NCBI GenBank assembly: GCA_016235455.1
Contig: JACRKZ010000008.1
Span: 32,001-96,000, forward strand
Length of the DNA stretch: 64,000 nucleotides
Origin: Armatimonadota bacterium
GTDB lineage: Bacteria; Armatimonadota; UBA10988
Direction: 5' to 3'
The notes under the pieces are model-generated. The model was not told the origin of the DNA. It searched no databases and worked only from the letters and a program-made list of their open reading frames with translations. Shown here piece by piece: positions 28,874 to 39,185 of the stretch; within the stretch, counting starts at the first letter, position 1, and every line of letters starts with the position of its first letter. The position numbers and the translations under genes are program-made.

Positions 28874-29868
28874 TTGACCGCTCCCTTGGCTCGGTTGTGT
28901 TCGGCCTCGGTGCGGCTGAAGATGTGGCGGTTGCCCGGCCCGAGCACGTAGAACAGGTAGTCATGCTTCTCGGGGCGCAGCGCGGCCGCGAGGCTGGGCT
29001 TGCCGGGGCAGCAGATGGGCCCTGGCGGCAAGCCCTTGACGCGGTAGGTGTTGTACGGCGAGTCCACCTTCAGGTCGCTGTACATCACGCGCTGCTTGTG
29101 GCGCCCGAGGGCGTAGAGCACCGTGGCATCGATCTGCAGGCGCATGCCGGTACGCAGGCGGTTGGCGATCACGCCGGCGATGCGCGCGCGCTCGTCGTCG
29201 CCGCGGGCTTCGCGCTCGATGAGCGAGGCGATGGTCACCACGGCATGCCGCGTGCGGCCGGCCAGGAGGCGGTCGCCGTCGATGTCGCGCCACACCTCCT
29301 CGAACCGCCGGAGTTGCAGCGCCACCAGCTTCTCGGCATTGGGCGGCGGGTCGACGGTGTAGGTGTCGGGGAACAGATAGCCTTCGAGCGTGGCCCGCGC
29401 GGGCAGGCCGAGCCCGGCCGCGTCGGGTGCCGCCGCGGCCGTCGCCGCGGCCAGATAGGCGTCAGCGGTGCTGATACCGACCTTCTCGGCGCGTTCGGCG
29501 CACTGGCCCAGGCCGAAGCCCTCGGGGAAGGTGACCCGGCGCTCGGCGGTACGGCCCGACGCGAACAGGCTCTGCAACTGGTCGACGCTCATGGCCGGCG
29601 ACACGATGTACGCCCCGGCCTTGAGGCCGAGATGCTTCTGACGTGCCCTGAGGCGGAAGGCGCGAGCGCTGCGGATCACGCCTTCGCCGGCAAGTTGCTC
29701 GCCGACCGCGCGCGCCGAAGCGCCCGACTGCACGCGGAACAGGCGGTCTTCGCCCCCGCCCGCGGCGGTCAAGGCACGACGATACCAGCGCAACGCGGCC
29801 CAGGGGCCGAGGGTGAGCAGCAGCACCGCGGCCAGCGCCGCGCCTAGGACAAAACGACGTACGGTCAT
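28870..29868 (-). CDS. mltG: endolytic transglycosylase MltG (YceG)
   Basis: N-terminal TM, VTFPEG, LEGYLFPDTY, IASLIERE, LQIDATV, SPYNTY, GLPPGPI. Confidence 0.96.
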   Translation of the reverse strand: MTVRRFVLGAALAAVLLLTLGPWAALRWYRRALTAAGGGEDRLFRVQSGASARAVGEQLAGEGVIRSARAFRLRARQKHLGLKAGAYIVSPAMSVDQLQSLFASGRTAERRVTFPEGFGLGQCAERAEKVGISTADAYLAAATAAAAPDAAGLGLPARATLEGYLFPDTYTVDPPPNAEKLVALQLRRFEEVWRDIDGDRLLAGRTRHAVVTIASLIEREARGDDERARIAGVIANRLRTGMRLQIDATVLYALGRHKQRVMYSDLKVDSPYNTYRVKGLPPGPICCPGKPSLAAALRPEKHDYLFYVLGPGNRHIFSRTEAEHNRAKGAVK

Positions 29869-29997
29869 GCCGATATGGTAGCACGGCCTCGCCGTGGCGG
29901 GACCGTCGGGACTCGCGCGCGATCGCGGCGCGCCAAACCGAGCTACAATGGTGCCGCGAGGCCGCCCGGCCGGCCTGCTCGAGGACGGTGGCTAGCC

Positions 29998-31818
29998 ATG
30001 CGTTGGTACGGCAGTTGGCGCATCCGCACGCAGCTCGCCGCCATCATGGCGGTGGCGCTCTCGCCCGCCGCGGTGCTGCTGGTCAGCGCCTACCACCGTT
30101 CGCCCCAAGGCGTGGCGTGGCTCGCGTTGGTCACGCTGCTCGCGGCGCTACTGGCCTGGCGCATGTGGCGTAGCGGGCCGGCCCGCCGCCTGGACCATGT
30201 CCTGGCCGTGGCGCAGGCGCTGGGCCGCGGCGACCTGAGCGCCCGCGCGCCGCTCGACGAGGCGGAACACGAGCTCGGCCCCTTGGCGCGCGCACTCGAC
30301 GAGGCAGCCCAGGCGCTGCGCGGCAGCGAGCAGCAACTGCGCGACCTGCTTGAGCTGCTGCCCTTGGCCGCCAGCATCACCGACGCCGAGGGCGGCGTGC
30401 GCATGGTCAACCACCAGCATGTGGCGCTGTTTGGCTACCCGCCTGAGTCGATCCCCGATGCCGAGGCCTGGTTCCGGTTGACCCAGCCCGACCCCGCCAG
30501 CCAGCACGCGGAGCTGGCCCAATGGCGCGACGATCTGGCCGAGGCCGCGCGCCGTGGCGCCGCCACGCCGTGCCGCGAGTACCGCGTGCGGTGTGCCGAT
30601 GGCACGACCCGCGACGTGGAGATCACGCATCGCCCGCTCGGCCATCTGGGCGTGACCGTCTACGTCGATGTCACGGAGCGCAACGGGCGCGCCCGGGAGC
30701 ACCTGGTCAGCGAACGCGAGCGCCTCGTCAGCCAGTCACAGGCCAGCCTGGGCACACTGGCTGGCGGCGTGGCCCACGACTTCAACAACCTCCTGACCAC
30801 CATCATCGGTGGCATCGAGCTGGCGACGCTGGCCAACGGCGAGGACGCGCCCGGCGCCGACGAGCTGCGCCTGGCGCTGTCGGCGGCGCAACGTGCCGCC
30901 GACCTGACCAGCCAGATGCTGGCCTATTCAGGCCAGGGCGTGCGGCAGTTGGCCGACGTGGACCTGGGCTACGCCGCGCGCCGCGCTGCCGGCGCCATGC
31001 TGCCGGTCATGGGCGAGCGCGCCGACCTCAACCTGGCCCTGGCGTCGAGCCTGCCCCTGTTCCGCTCCGACCCGATCGAGATCGAGCGGCTGATCGTCAG
31101 CCTGATCACCAACGGCCTGGAGGCCGTGCCGGCGGACCGGCACGGCAGCGTGACGGTGCGCACCGGCCTGGCGGAGTACGACGCGGCCGCGCTGGCCTCC
31201 AGCCGCACGCCGCGCCCGCCGCGACCTGGCGCGTTCGTCTGGGTCGAAGTGCGCGACGACGGTGTTGGCATGGACGACGAGACCCAACGCCGCCTGTTCG
31301 AGCCGTTCTACTCCACCAAGTTCGCCGGCCGCGGGCTGAGCCTGCCCGCGGTCCAGGGCATCGTCGGCTCCTGTGGCGGGGCCATCTTCATCGACAGCCA
31401 ACCGGGCCAAGGCACAACGGTCCGCGTGCTGTTCCCGCCCGACAACGACGGCGAGCCGTGCGTGCTCGTGGTCGATGACGACGACGATGTGCGCGACCTG
31501 GCCGTGTCGTTCGCCACGCGCTGCGGCTGGCGCGCGATCGGTGTGGCTGACGGCGCGGCGGCGCTGGCCGAGGCGGCGCGCTTGGGCCGTCAGCTGCGCG
31601 TGGTATTGCTCGATCTGTCCATGCCCGACCGCGACGGCCGGGCCGTACTGGCCGATCTGCGAGCGCTGTCGGCCGCTCTGCCAGTGGTTGTCTGCAGCGG
31701 CCACGACCGGGCCGAGGCCCTGGCCGACCTGGCCCAACTCAAGCCCTCTGGATTCCTGAGCAAGCCATTCACCATGGCCAGCTTCGAGCAAGCCCTCCAG
31801 GCTGCGGCGCTGGCCTGA
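29998..31818 (+). CDS. hybrid sensor histidine kinase (TM-HAMP-PAS-HisKA-HATPase-REC)
   Basis: Two TMs, HAMP (GDLSAR...ELGPLARAL), PAS, AHDFNNLL, DDGVGM, FEPFYSTK, receiver LLDLSMP/KPF. Confidence 0.9.
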   Translation: MRWYGSWRIRTQLAAIMAVALSPAAVLLVSAYHRSPQGVAWLALVTLLAALLAWRMWRSGPARRLDHVLAVAQALGRGDLSARAPLDEAEHELGPLARALDEAAQALRGSEQQLRDLLELLPLAASITDAEGGVRMVNHQHVALFGYPPESIPDAEAWFRLTQPDPASQHAELAQWRDDLAEAARRGAATPCREYRVRCADGTTRDVEITHRPLGHLGVTVYVDVTERNGRAREHLVSERERLVSQSQASLGTLAGGVAHDFNNLLTTIIGGIELATLANGEDAPGADELRLALSAAQRAADLTSQMLAYSGQGVRQLADVDLGYAARRAAGAMLPVMGERADLNLALASSLPLFRSDPIEIERLIVSLITNGLEAVPADRHGSVTVRTGLAEYDAAALASSRTPRPPRPGAFVWVEVRDDGVGMDDETQRRLFEPFYSTKFAGRGLSLPAVQGIVGSCGGAIFIDSQPGQGTTVRVLFPPDNDGEPCVLVVDDDDDVRDLAVSFATRCGWRAIGVADGAAALAEAARLGRQLRVVLLDLSMPDRDGRAVLADLRALSAALPVVVCSGHDRAEALADLAQLKPSGFLSKPFTMASFEQALQAAALA

Positions 31819-31840
31819 CCGGGCCGTGGATCGCCCAGCT

Positions 31841-31869
31841 TTGACATGACCTCCACGGACTGGCATACT
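31841..31869 (+). promoter_or_regulatory. sigma70-type promoter
   Basis: TTGACA-17 nt-CATACT upstream of the PAS kinase gene. Confidence 0.7.
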
Positions 31870-31926
31870 GCGAGTCGCCGCCGCAATCGTGGGGCGGTGG
31901 CAAGCAGATATCGTGGCGGGTGCGGC

Positions 31927-33069
31927 GTGTCCAACTCCTGGCAAGACAGCAGCGTGCCGTCCTTCCAGCGCTGGCTGGAGGCCGATCCGGGTCCCGTGGC
32001 CTGGGTCGATGCGCAGGCCCGGTTTGGTGCGGTGAACCGGCGCTTTGCCGAGTGGTTCGGCGTCAACGCCGACGACCTCGTCGGCCAGCCGCGGGCCACC
32101 ATGCTCAGCCGGCTGCTCACGCCCATGGCCGACGACGCCGGCGCCTACGATCCCCTTCTCCTGGCCGACCCGCCGCTGCGCGCCGTAACCGTCAGGCTGG
32201 CGCCGCGCGCCGGCGAGACCGACGGCTGGCGTTATGTCAGCGTGGCCCTGACCGACGACGATGACCAGGTACTCGGCTGGCGCGACTGCCTCGAACCGCC
32301 CGGCATGACCGCCGCGTTGGCCGCGGGCGAGGAGCAGCGCCTGGCCGACCGCGATCGCCTCGCGGCGCGCGTCAGCCACGAGTTGCGCACGCCGATGACG
32401 GCGGTCATCGGTTTCTGCCACATGCTCCTGGAGTACAGCAATCCGCTGGACAACTCACAGCGCTCGTATGTGCAGAAGATCCTGCGCAACGCCTCGATCC
32501 TGCTGCAGTTGCTGAACAATGTGCTCGACACGGCCAGCCTGCGCGAAGGCGGCCTGAGCGTGTGCTGGGAGCTGATCGACCCCGAGGTGCTGATGGTCGA
32601 CGCGGCCAGCGCGGTGGAGCCGCAGCACTGCGAGAAGGATCTGGACCTGGACGTCCATGTCGACGCCGATCTGCCCGACTTCTACAGCGATCGCCTCAAG
32701 CTCAAGCAGATCCTGATCAACCTGCTGTCCAACGCGGTCAAGTACACCGAGCGCGGCGGCGTGCAGGTGGACGCGCGGCTGGTCGGCGAGAGCGTGGAGA
32801 TCCGGGTGACCGACACCGGCTCGGGCATCGCGCCCGACCAGCTGGAGCGCGTCTTCGAGCCCTATGTGCAGGTGCCGGGCGCGGCCGCCGCCAGCAAGAC
32901 GCCGTCCACCGGGCTCGGCCTGAGTATCGCACGGGCCATGGCGGAGCTGTTGGGTGGCACGCTCACCGCCGAGAGCACGCTGGGCCGCGGATCGACCTTC
33001 ACGCTGCGCCTGCCGCTGCACATGACCTTGCCCGAGGTCAGTCCTCCCAGCGCGCCGACGCCGGCTTGA
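31927..33069 (+). CDS. cytoplasmic PAS sensor histidine kinase
   Basis: PAS-like N-terminus, SHELRTPM, NLLSNAVKYT, DTGSGI, TGLGL. Confidence 0.92.
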   Translation: MSNSWQDSSVPSFQRWLEADPGPVAWVDAQARFGAVNRRFAEWFGVNADDLVGQPRATMLSRLLTPMADDAGAYDPLLLADPPLRAVTVRLAPRAGETDGWRYVSVALTDDDDQVLGWRDCLEPPGMTAALAAGEEQRLADRDRLAARVSHELRTPMTAVIGFCHMLLEYSNPLDNSQRSYVQKILRNASILLQLLNNVLDTASLREGGLSVCWELIDPEVLMVDAASAVEPQHCEKDLDLDVHVDADLPDFYSDRLKLKQILINLLSNAVKYTERGGVQVDARLVGESVEIRVTDTGSGIAPDQLERVFEPYVQVPGAAAASKTPSTGLGLSIARAMAELLGGTLTAESTLGRGSTFTLRLPLHMTLPEVSPPSAPTPA

Positions 33070-35635
33070 TACGCAACCGCGTGACCTGAACCATCCCACG
33101 GATGACCAGCCGACCGTCGGGGTCGGCGTTCAGCGTCCGGTACTGTGTGTTGTGCGAACGCGACCCGGCCACACCCCTGGAGGCGCCGCCGAACGGCTGC
33201 CCTGGGGCCTGCTGGCGCGGCGTGACGAACTCCTGTTGCAGCTCGATGCGGTGCAGTGAGCCGGGCTCGATAGGATAGGCGCCGCCGTGCACGGTCAGCA
33301 TCAACTCCACCTCACGCGGGTCGGCAACGGCCAGCATGGGACCGTCGGTCGCCACGCCGGCGCCGGCGCCGAACAGCCACACCTCGATGCCGTTCGGCCC
33401 ATAGGCGGTGACTTGCGCCCCGGCGGCCGTGTCCAGTGGCCAGAGCGTCATGGGCAGGGCCGACTCACAGCGCATTTCGCCGGCCGCCAGCCCCGTCACC
33501 AGCCGGTTGATCAGCGGCTCGGCGCCTGGCTTGCCGTCGCGCCGCGCGCGGCGGATGATGTTCAGCCCGTTGGTGTAGACCAGGCCGTCCATGTCCGGCA
33601 GATCGACGGCCACCAGGCCGGGCGACGGCGCGGTGCGGTCGAGCCACACACGGCCCTCGCCACGGGCCGCCCAGGTGGCCTGGCCGGGAGCCACGTCGAG
33701 CACGGTCTCAATGGACGAGCGGCGCGACAGCAGTCCCTCGTGCAGCGCCTCGAACAGCGGGTCGTCGGGTCCGAACCCGTTCCACAGCGGCCCGCTGGCA
33801 AACAGCGCGTTGCCGTGGCCGACCGGCCGCGCGAACAGCCCGGCCGACGGCGCCTCGGTGGGCACGCGCCCACCGATCTGGCACTGCATGGCCACCACGC
33901 GCGTGTCCGGTGCGGGTAGCACGAAGGTCGCTGGCGCCAGCAACTGCGCGCGCGCCGCGCGCCGGCCCACGCTGTCGTAGATGCGCAACCGCGGGCACAG
34001 GTCGAGGACATCATCCACCACCAGTGCCCCTGGGCCCGGCAGGCCCGTGGGCAACAGCGCCAGCGGGTCCTCGCCGGGCGCCACCTTGCGCAGGCGAGCC
34101 CGCAGCGCAGGGCTCAACGCCACTTCGAACACGGAGCAGGTGCGGCGTGGCGCCACGCCCAGCAGCCCGGCCATCGACCGCGACATGCTCGGCTCGACGC
34201 CCCGGAAGCCCTCGCTGGCCACACCGAAGTCGGCCAGCACCGTGCCGCCGGCCTCGGCATACTGCGCCAGCCGGGCCACCTGGTCCTCGCTGAGGAAGTA
34301 GCCGGCGGGCACAAACACGCAGCCGTAGCCGCTCAAGTCGACGCGGTAGGTCGATGCCGCGGCGTCGGCGCCGCGCGCCATGAGATCGCGCGGCGTGATG
34401 ACATCGAGCGGCCCGAAGCGCGTGCCGCCGCGCAGCAGCGCCAGCAGGCCCGCGGGCTCCTCGCCACCGATGCTGCTGTAACCGTACCAGCCCGCGCCAT
34501 AGAGCGCCGGGCCCTGCGCCCAGGGCGAGAGGACGATGGCGGAGCAGCCGCGCTGCTCGAATCCCGCCGCCTGTTGCGTGGCCAGTTCGGCCAGCACTTC
34601 AGCCACGGCCCGCTGGCGCAGCGGGTCGTCTGCCAGCGCGGGCCAGTCGGCGAAGCTGAGCCCCGCCACCCCGCGGGCCGCGGCACGCAGCGCCAGACGG
34701 CGGATGCCGTCGGCCGGCGCAGTGGCATCGAGGCAGACCAGCGGCGCGAACCGCCCAGCCTGCGAGGCCAAGCTAGCCAGCTCGTAGGGATCGACCACGG
34801 CGCCGCCCATGGGCACCATGGACGGCTGCAGGCCGGCCAGCTCCTCGGGTGCCACCAGCAGCGTGCGGCCCCGGCTCATGCGCCCGCCAATCACGGGCCG
34901 CGACGGGTCCACCGCATGGATCGTGCGCTCCCAGCCGCGCAGCAGCCAGGCGATGCTGGTCGCCCGCCAGCGCGCCACGTCGAGCGTCGGGCGCCCGCAG
35001 CGGCCGGGCCGCGCATCGTCGATGGCCAGGGCCAAGTCGGGCGTGGGCAGCGTCTCGTCCGGCAACTCGCGACCCCAGGCCGCATGCAGGTTCAGCTGCG
35101 AACCGTACTGCTGGTCCAGCCAGGCCGTGAAATGCGCTGGCGCCCAGGCCAGATTCTCCTCGGCATCGTGCTGCAGAGCCCAGGCTACGACGCCCGGCTG
35201 ATCGGCCCACGCCGTCACGGTGGCGGTAAGCCAGCCGTCCATGGCGGCCAGGCGCGCGCGGTCGGCCGTGGACAACGCGCCCGGCCCGGCGGCGGCCGTG
35301 ATGGCGTTGAGCCCGACAATCACCGCCAGCCCGCGCCGGCTGGCCGCGTCGGCCAGGTCGCGCGCCGCCGCATCGGCCGCAGGGTCGCCGGTCAGGTCGA
35401 CATAGACCGTGTTGAGCCCCAGCCGCGCGTAGGCCTCCAGCTGCGCGGGGTCGCGCAGGCCAAAGGCATACGACAGCAGCACGGGCTGGTCGTGCCAATG
35501 GAATCGCGCACCTTCGAGCCGCGGGAACGTGGGTTCGGCACGCGGTGTGGCGGGCTGCGCGACCGAGGGCGACGCCACGGCCAGGAGCCATAGGGCGACA
35601 CAGAGCCAGCGCTGGAGCCAGGTTGACAGAGGCAT
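33038..35635 (-). CDS. secreted GH42/beta-galactosidase-like TIM barrel + trimerisation-like domain (degenerate active site)
   Basis: Signal peptide, LGLNTVYV, FTAWLDQQYGSQLNLHAAWG, DLSGYGCVFVP...YAEAGGTVLAD. Confidence 0.65.
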   Translation of the reverse strand: MPLSTWLQRWLCVALWLLAVASPSVAQPATPRAEPTFPRLEGARFHWHDQPVLLSYAFGLRDPAQLEAYARLGLNTVYVDLTGDPAADAAARDLADAASRRGLAVIVGLNAITAAAGPGALSTADRARLAAMDGWLTATVTAWADQPGVVAWALQHDAEENLAWAPAHFTAWLDQQYGSQLNLHAAWGRELPDETLPTPDLALAIDDARPGRCGRPTLDVARWRATSIAWLLRGWERTIHAVDPSRPVIGGRMSRGRTLLVAPEELAGLQPSMVPMGGAVVDPYELASLASQAGRFAPLVCLDATAPADGIRRLALRAAARGVAGLSFADWPALADDPLRQRAVAEVLAELATQQAAGFEQRGCSAIVLSPWAQGPALYGAGWYGYSSIGGEEPAGLLALLRGGTRFGPLDVITPRDLMARGADAAASTYRVDLSGYGCVFVPAGYFLSEDQVARLAQYAEAGGTVLADFGVASEGFRGVEPSMSRSMAGLLGVAPRRTCSVFEVALSPALRARLRKVAPGEDPLALLPTGLPGPGALVVDDVLDLCPRLRIYDSVGRRAARAQLLAPATFVLPAPDTRVVAMQCQIGGRVPTEAPSAGLFARPVGHGNALFASGPLWNGFGPDDPLFEALHEGLLSRRSSIETVLDVAPGQATWAARGEGRVWLDRTAPSPGLVAVDLPDMDGLVYTNGLNIIRRARRDGKPGAEPLINRLVTGLAAGEMRCESALPMTLWPLDTAAGAQVTAYGPNGIEVWLFGAGAGVATDGPMLAVADPREVELMLTVHGGAYPIEPGSLHRIELQQEFVTPRQQAPGQPFGGASRGVAGSRSHNTQYRTLNADPDGRLVIRGMVQVTRLRIKPASARWED

Positions 35636-35689
35636 AGGGTTCCGCTACAGTCCCGATTGTACCAACATCCGCCCTCCGAGAAACCGCCC

Positions 35690-36850
35690 GTGCCAGAAAT
35701 CCACCTTGAGCGCCGTCGTCGCCTGCCTTGGGCGCTGGGTTTTGTCATCGCCGCCGCGGTCTGCGACGGCTGCGGCATCGCCAACTACCTGACCGCCGTG
35801 CTCTGGCTCGACCGCGACCAACATGCCAGGCAGATGCTGCTGGGCTTCCTGGCCTCGGTCTCCACCATCGTCTACACCAGCACCGTGGTGCTCATCGGCA
35901 GCGTTGCCGATCGTGTCGGCCCACGGCGCATGACCTGCGCCGGCGCGGTGCTCATGGCCTTGGGCAACGCGCTGCTGATCATGGCCGGGCAGCGCTCGAT
36001 GCTGATCCTCGGCATGGCCTGCAAGGGCCTGGCGGCGGCCATGTTCTGGCCCGCACTGGCCAGTTGGCTGGGCAAGGGCGCACCGCCGCATGTTCTGCCG
36101 CGCCGACTGGCCGCCTACAACCTGGGCTGGTGCGGCGGCCAGGTGGTCGGCCTGGCCGCGGCCGGCTGGCTCTATGGGCTCATTGGCGCGCTACCGTCGT
36201 TCGGCGTCTACAGTCTGATGTACCTGGGCCTGGCCGTGGGTGTCTGGTGGCTGCCCGAACCCAGCGCCATCGACTCCGCCGAGCCGGGGGTCGAGGCCGT
36301 GCTGAGTAGCGCCGGCGACCGCCTGGCTGCCTGGCTGACCAACTTCGGTGGCTTCTTCGTGCTGTTCGAGGTCCGCGCGCAGTTTGCACCCTATGCTCGC
36401 GACGTGCTGGGCTTCGGCGGGTCGTTGATCGGCATCTGCAACGCCCTGGTGGCGCTGGTGCAGGTGGCCGTCTTCTACTATCTCGGCCTGCGTCGGCCCG
36501 ACCTGGCGCGCGGCCGCTGGCTGCTGCCCACGCAGGCGCTGGTGCTGATCACGCTCCTGCTCTCCGCCACTCTGGGTGGCTACACCGTCCTGCTGGTGCT
36601 GCCGGCCATCGGCCTGCTGGTGGGCGCGGCCAACACCGCCAGCCTCTACCACAGCATCAGCGGCCGCGACGATGCCGCGCGCCAGAGCGGCATTCACGAG
36701 ACGGTGCTGGGCCTGGCCAACGTGCTGGGGCCAGTGCTCGGCGGCGCCGCGGCCGACCGCGCCGGGCAAAGCGCCACCTGGTGGTTGGGCGCCGGTGTGA
36801 CGCTCACGGCCATGGTGCTGGCCATCATGGTGCGGCGGCGCGAGGCGTAG
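35690..36850 (+). CDS. MFS transporter
   Basis: About 12 hydrophobic helices; motif [12 protein letters not shown]; GPVLGG in the C-terminal half. Confidence 0.9.
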   Translation: MPEIHLERRRRLPWALGFVIAAAVCDGCGIANYLTAVLWLDRDQHARQMLLGFLASVSTIVYTSTVVLIGSVADRVGPRRMTCAGAVLMALGNALLIMAGQRSMLILGMACKGLAAAMFWPALASWLGKGAPPHVLPRRLAAYNLGWCGGQVVGLAAAGWLYGLIGALPSFGVYSLMYLGLAVGVWWLPEPSAIDSAEPGVEAVLSSAGDRLAAWLTNFGGFFVLFEVRAQFAPYARDVLGFGGSLIGICNALVALVQVAVFYYLGLRRPDLARGRWLLPTQALVLITLLLSATLGGYTVLLVLPAIGLLVGAANTASLYHSISGRDDAARQSGIHETVLGLANVLGPVLGGAAADRAGQSATWWLGAGVTLTAMVLAIMVRRREA

Positions 36851-36865
36851 GTGGCGTGATCTCCT

Positions 36866-36900
36866 ACCCGCGACCCACGACCCACGTCCAACGTCGCACG
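36866..36900. repeat. five degenerate tandem heptamers
   Basis: ACCCGCG ACCCACG ACCCACG TCCAACG TCGCACG in the intergenic region. Confidence 0.6.
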
Positions 36901-36956
36901 CCCCCTGTTGGCGCAGCCCCACAAGCAGCTATAATCGCGCACGACGGGAGCAAGCG

Positions 36957-37739
36957 ATGTCCGATTACCTGAGCGACCTGTTTGGGCTGGACGGCCAAGT
37001 GGCCGTGGTGACCGGTGGTACCGGCGTGCTGTGCGGGCACATGGCCCTGGGCCTGGCCGCCGCGGGCGCCAAGGTCGTCGTCGTCGGCCGCGACCATGAC
37101 CGCGGCGCGGAGCGCGTGTCGCAGATCGAATCCGCCGGCGGCACCGCCAGCTTCTGCCCGGCAGCCGCCACCAGTCGAGAGGACGTCGAGCAGGTGCTCG
37201 AGTTCGCCCTGGCCACGTACGGCCGCGTCGACATCCTGGTCAACGGCGCCGGCATGAACCGCGCCACGCCATTCTTTGAGATCACCGAGGAAGAGTGGAA
37301 CCAGATCCTGGACGTCAACCTGCGCGGCGCCATGCTGGCTTGCCAGGTGTTCGGCCAGTACTTCCTGGACAACAGCATCCCCGGCTCCATCATCAACCTG
37401 GGCTCCATGAGCGGTATCACGCCGTTGTCGCGAGTGTTCACCTACTCGGCCTCCAAGGCCGCGCTGCACAACCTCACTCAGAACCTGGCGCGCGAATGGG
37501 CGCCGCGCGGCATCCGCGTCAACGCACTGGCGCCGGGCTTCTTCCCCGCGGAGCAGAACCGCAAGATCCTCACCGAGGACCGCGTCAAGAACATCTTCGC
37601 CCACACACCCATGGGCCGCTTCGGCGAGGCCGACGAGTTGATCGGCGCCACGCTGCTGCTCGCCTCCCGCCATGCCGGCAGCTTCATCACCGGCGTCATC
37701 CTGCCCGTCGATGGCGGCTTTGCTTCCATGACCATCTAG
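36957..37739 (+). CDS. SDR oxidoreductase (mannonate/gluconate dehydrogenase-like)
   Basis: [40 protein letters not shown]; TATAAT and GGGAG upstream. Confidence 0.9.
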   Translation: MSDYLSDLFGLDGQVAVVTGGTGVLCGHMALGLAAAGAKVVVVGRDHDRGAERVSQIESAGGTASFCPAAATSREDVEQVLEFALATYGRVDILVNGAGMNRATPFFEITEEEWNQILDVNLRGAMLACQVFGQYFLDNSIPGSIINLGSMSGITPLSRVFTYSASKAALHNLTQNLAREWAPRGIRVNALAPGFFPAEQNRKILTEDRVKNIFAHTPMGRFGEADELIGATLLLASRHAGSFITGVILPVDGGFASMTI

Positions 37740-37754
37740 GCCCGGTAGATCCGC

Positions 37755-37811
37755 AGATGGCGCGGACGACGCAGATGGCCCGTGGGCTCATCCGCATCAT
37801 CCGCGCCATCT
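37755..37811. repeat. imperfect 23-bp-arm palindrome (REP-like; probable terminator between convergent genes)
   Basis: AGATGGCGCGGACGACGCAGATG ... CATCCGCATCATCCGCGCCATCT, 3 mismatches. Confidence 0.7.
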
Positions 37812-37841
37812 TTGGGTGTTGGGGGCAGGCTGCGTCTCAGC

Positions 37842-39137
37842 TCAGTCCAGCACGTCGCCGATGACCATGATCGAGCCGATCCACAGGTTCGTGCCGTCGT
37901 ACTTCTTGGGGTCGAAGCCGGGCTTGTCCTTCTCGCGGTCGGTGACCGAGGCGCGGCTGGGTTGGTCGGCGCGGAGCGTGACCTTGATGGTGTGCTCGCC
38001 AGGCCCCAGATCCCGGGCGATGAACAGATTGGCCAGCCGGTAGTAGGTGCAGTAGCTGTCGAACCGACCCACCGGGCCGCTCTTCCTGCCATCCACCTCG
38101 ATGTCGACCTGGCCGCCGTCGGGGCCGAGCAGGTCATACAGCTTGACCGTCTGACCCTTGACCCGGAAGGTGATGGTCGAGCCCGGCTTGGCGGTGTGCC
38201 ACAGCTCCGGCAGGCGGTCGACGAAGTTACGCGCCAGGCCCTCGGTCGGCGGCATCTTGGTCCACTCGCCACCGAGCATGGAGGCGCGCAGTGGCACCAG
38301 CTTGGCGGCGTCCCAGTTGTCGGCGATGAGCGGTGAGCGCAGGCTGTGTTCCTCGGCCTTGGCGCCCTGCCGCCATGCGGTCAGCGCCTCGATGAGCACC
38401 TGTGTATAGACTACATGGCCGCCCTCGATGTGCGGATGCACACCGTCGTCGGAGAACAGGATCACGCCGTCGGGCGTCGGCTGCTTCTCGCCGCCGACCA
38501 CCTTGGGCACGTAGATCAGCTTGCCCTCCTGGGCCAACTGCACGGTCTTGAGCGCCACGTTGATCGAAGGGATGTCGTACCACGCCGCCACCATCTCATG
38601 CGCCGAGGCGGCCGGCGGGTTCAGGCCCTTCTCCAGGTCCTTCTCATAGCCGGTGCGGAAGGTGTAGACGAAGCAGATGTCGATGGCCGGATCGGCGATC
38701 AGCGTCTGGCGGACGATGCCCTCCATGCCGCGAAAGCAGTCGTTGGCCGCCATGCCGCCGTCGTTCACGGCGAACTCGACGAAGACCAGATCGGGCTTCT
38801 TGCTCAGCACATCCTGCCAGCAGCGGTAGACGCCATGCTCGGAGTTCGTGCCGCCAATGGTGGCGTTGATCTCGGTCAGCTTGGCGGCCGGCCAGGTCTT
38901 GCGGAACCAGTCGAAGGTCTTCACGCGCCAGCCCGGCTGCGCGGTGATGCTGCCGCCGAAGTAGGCGATCTTGACGTCCTTGCCGGCGTCGAGTTTGGCC
39001 AGCACGTTGGGGATGCCCGAACGGCGTACAGCCATCTGCGCGGGCTGCTGCGCATAGGGCTTCATGGGCTCGGCGGCCGGGGCGGCCACCACCAGCGCCA
39101 GCAGGCCGAACAGGAGACCGAGAAACCGGGTCAACAT
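37842..39137 (-). CDS. secreted SGNH/GDSL hydrolase
   Basis: Signal peptide; FGGSIT (Ser), VEFAVND, DDGVHP; GGAGG RBS. Confidence 0.88.
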   Translation of the reverse strand: MLTRFLGLLFGLLALVVAAPAAEPMKPYAQQPAQMAVRRSGIPNVLAKLDAGKDVKIAYFGGSITAQPGWRVKTFDWFRKTWPAAKLTEINATIGGTNSEHGVYRCWQDVLSKKPDLVFVEFAVNDGGMAANDCFRGMEGIVRQTLIADPAIDICFVYTFRTGYEKDLEKGLNPPAASAHEMVAAWYDIPSINVALKTVQLAQEGKLIYVPKVVGGEKQPTPDGVILFSDDGVHPHIEGGHVVYTQVLIEALTAWRQGAKAEEHSLRSPLIADNWDAAKLVPLRASMLGGEWTKMPPTEGLARNFVDRLPELWHTAKPGSTITFRVKGQTVKLYDLLGPDGGQVDIEVDGRKSGPVGRFDSYCTYYRLANLFIARDLGPGEHTIKVTLRADQPSRASVTDREKDKPGFDPKKYDGTNLWIGSIMVIGDVLD

Positions 39138-39185
39138 AGCTACCTCCGTCGGGGCCACAGTTGGCCCCGGCGAGTGCGACACCTT

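Noticed and set aside
22047-29868. pilB-pilT-pilC-pilD with mltG-yqeG-aroE as a novel system
   Set aside because: Standard type IV pilus core; linkage with aroE and mltG is a familiar arrangement.
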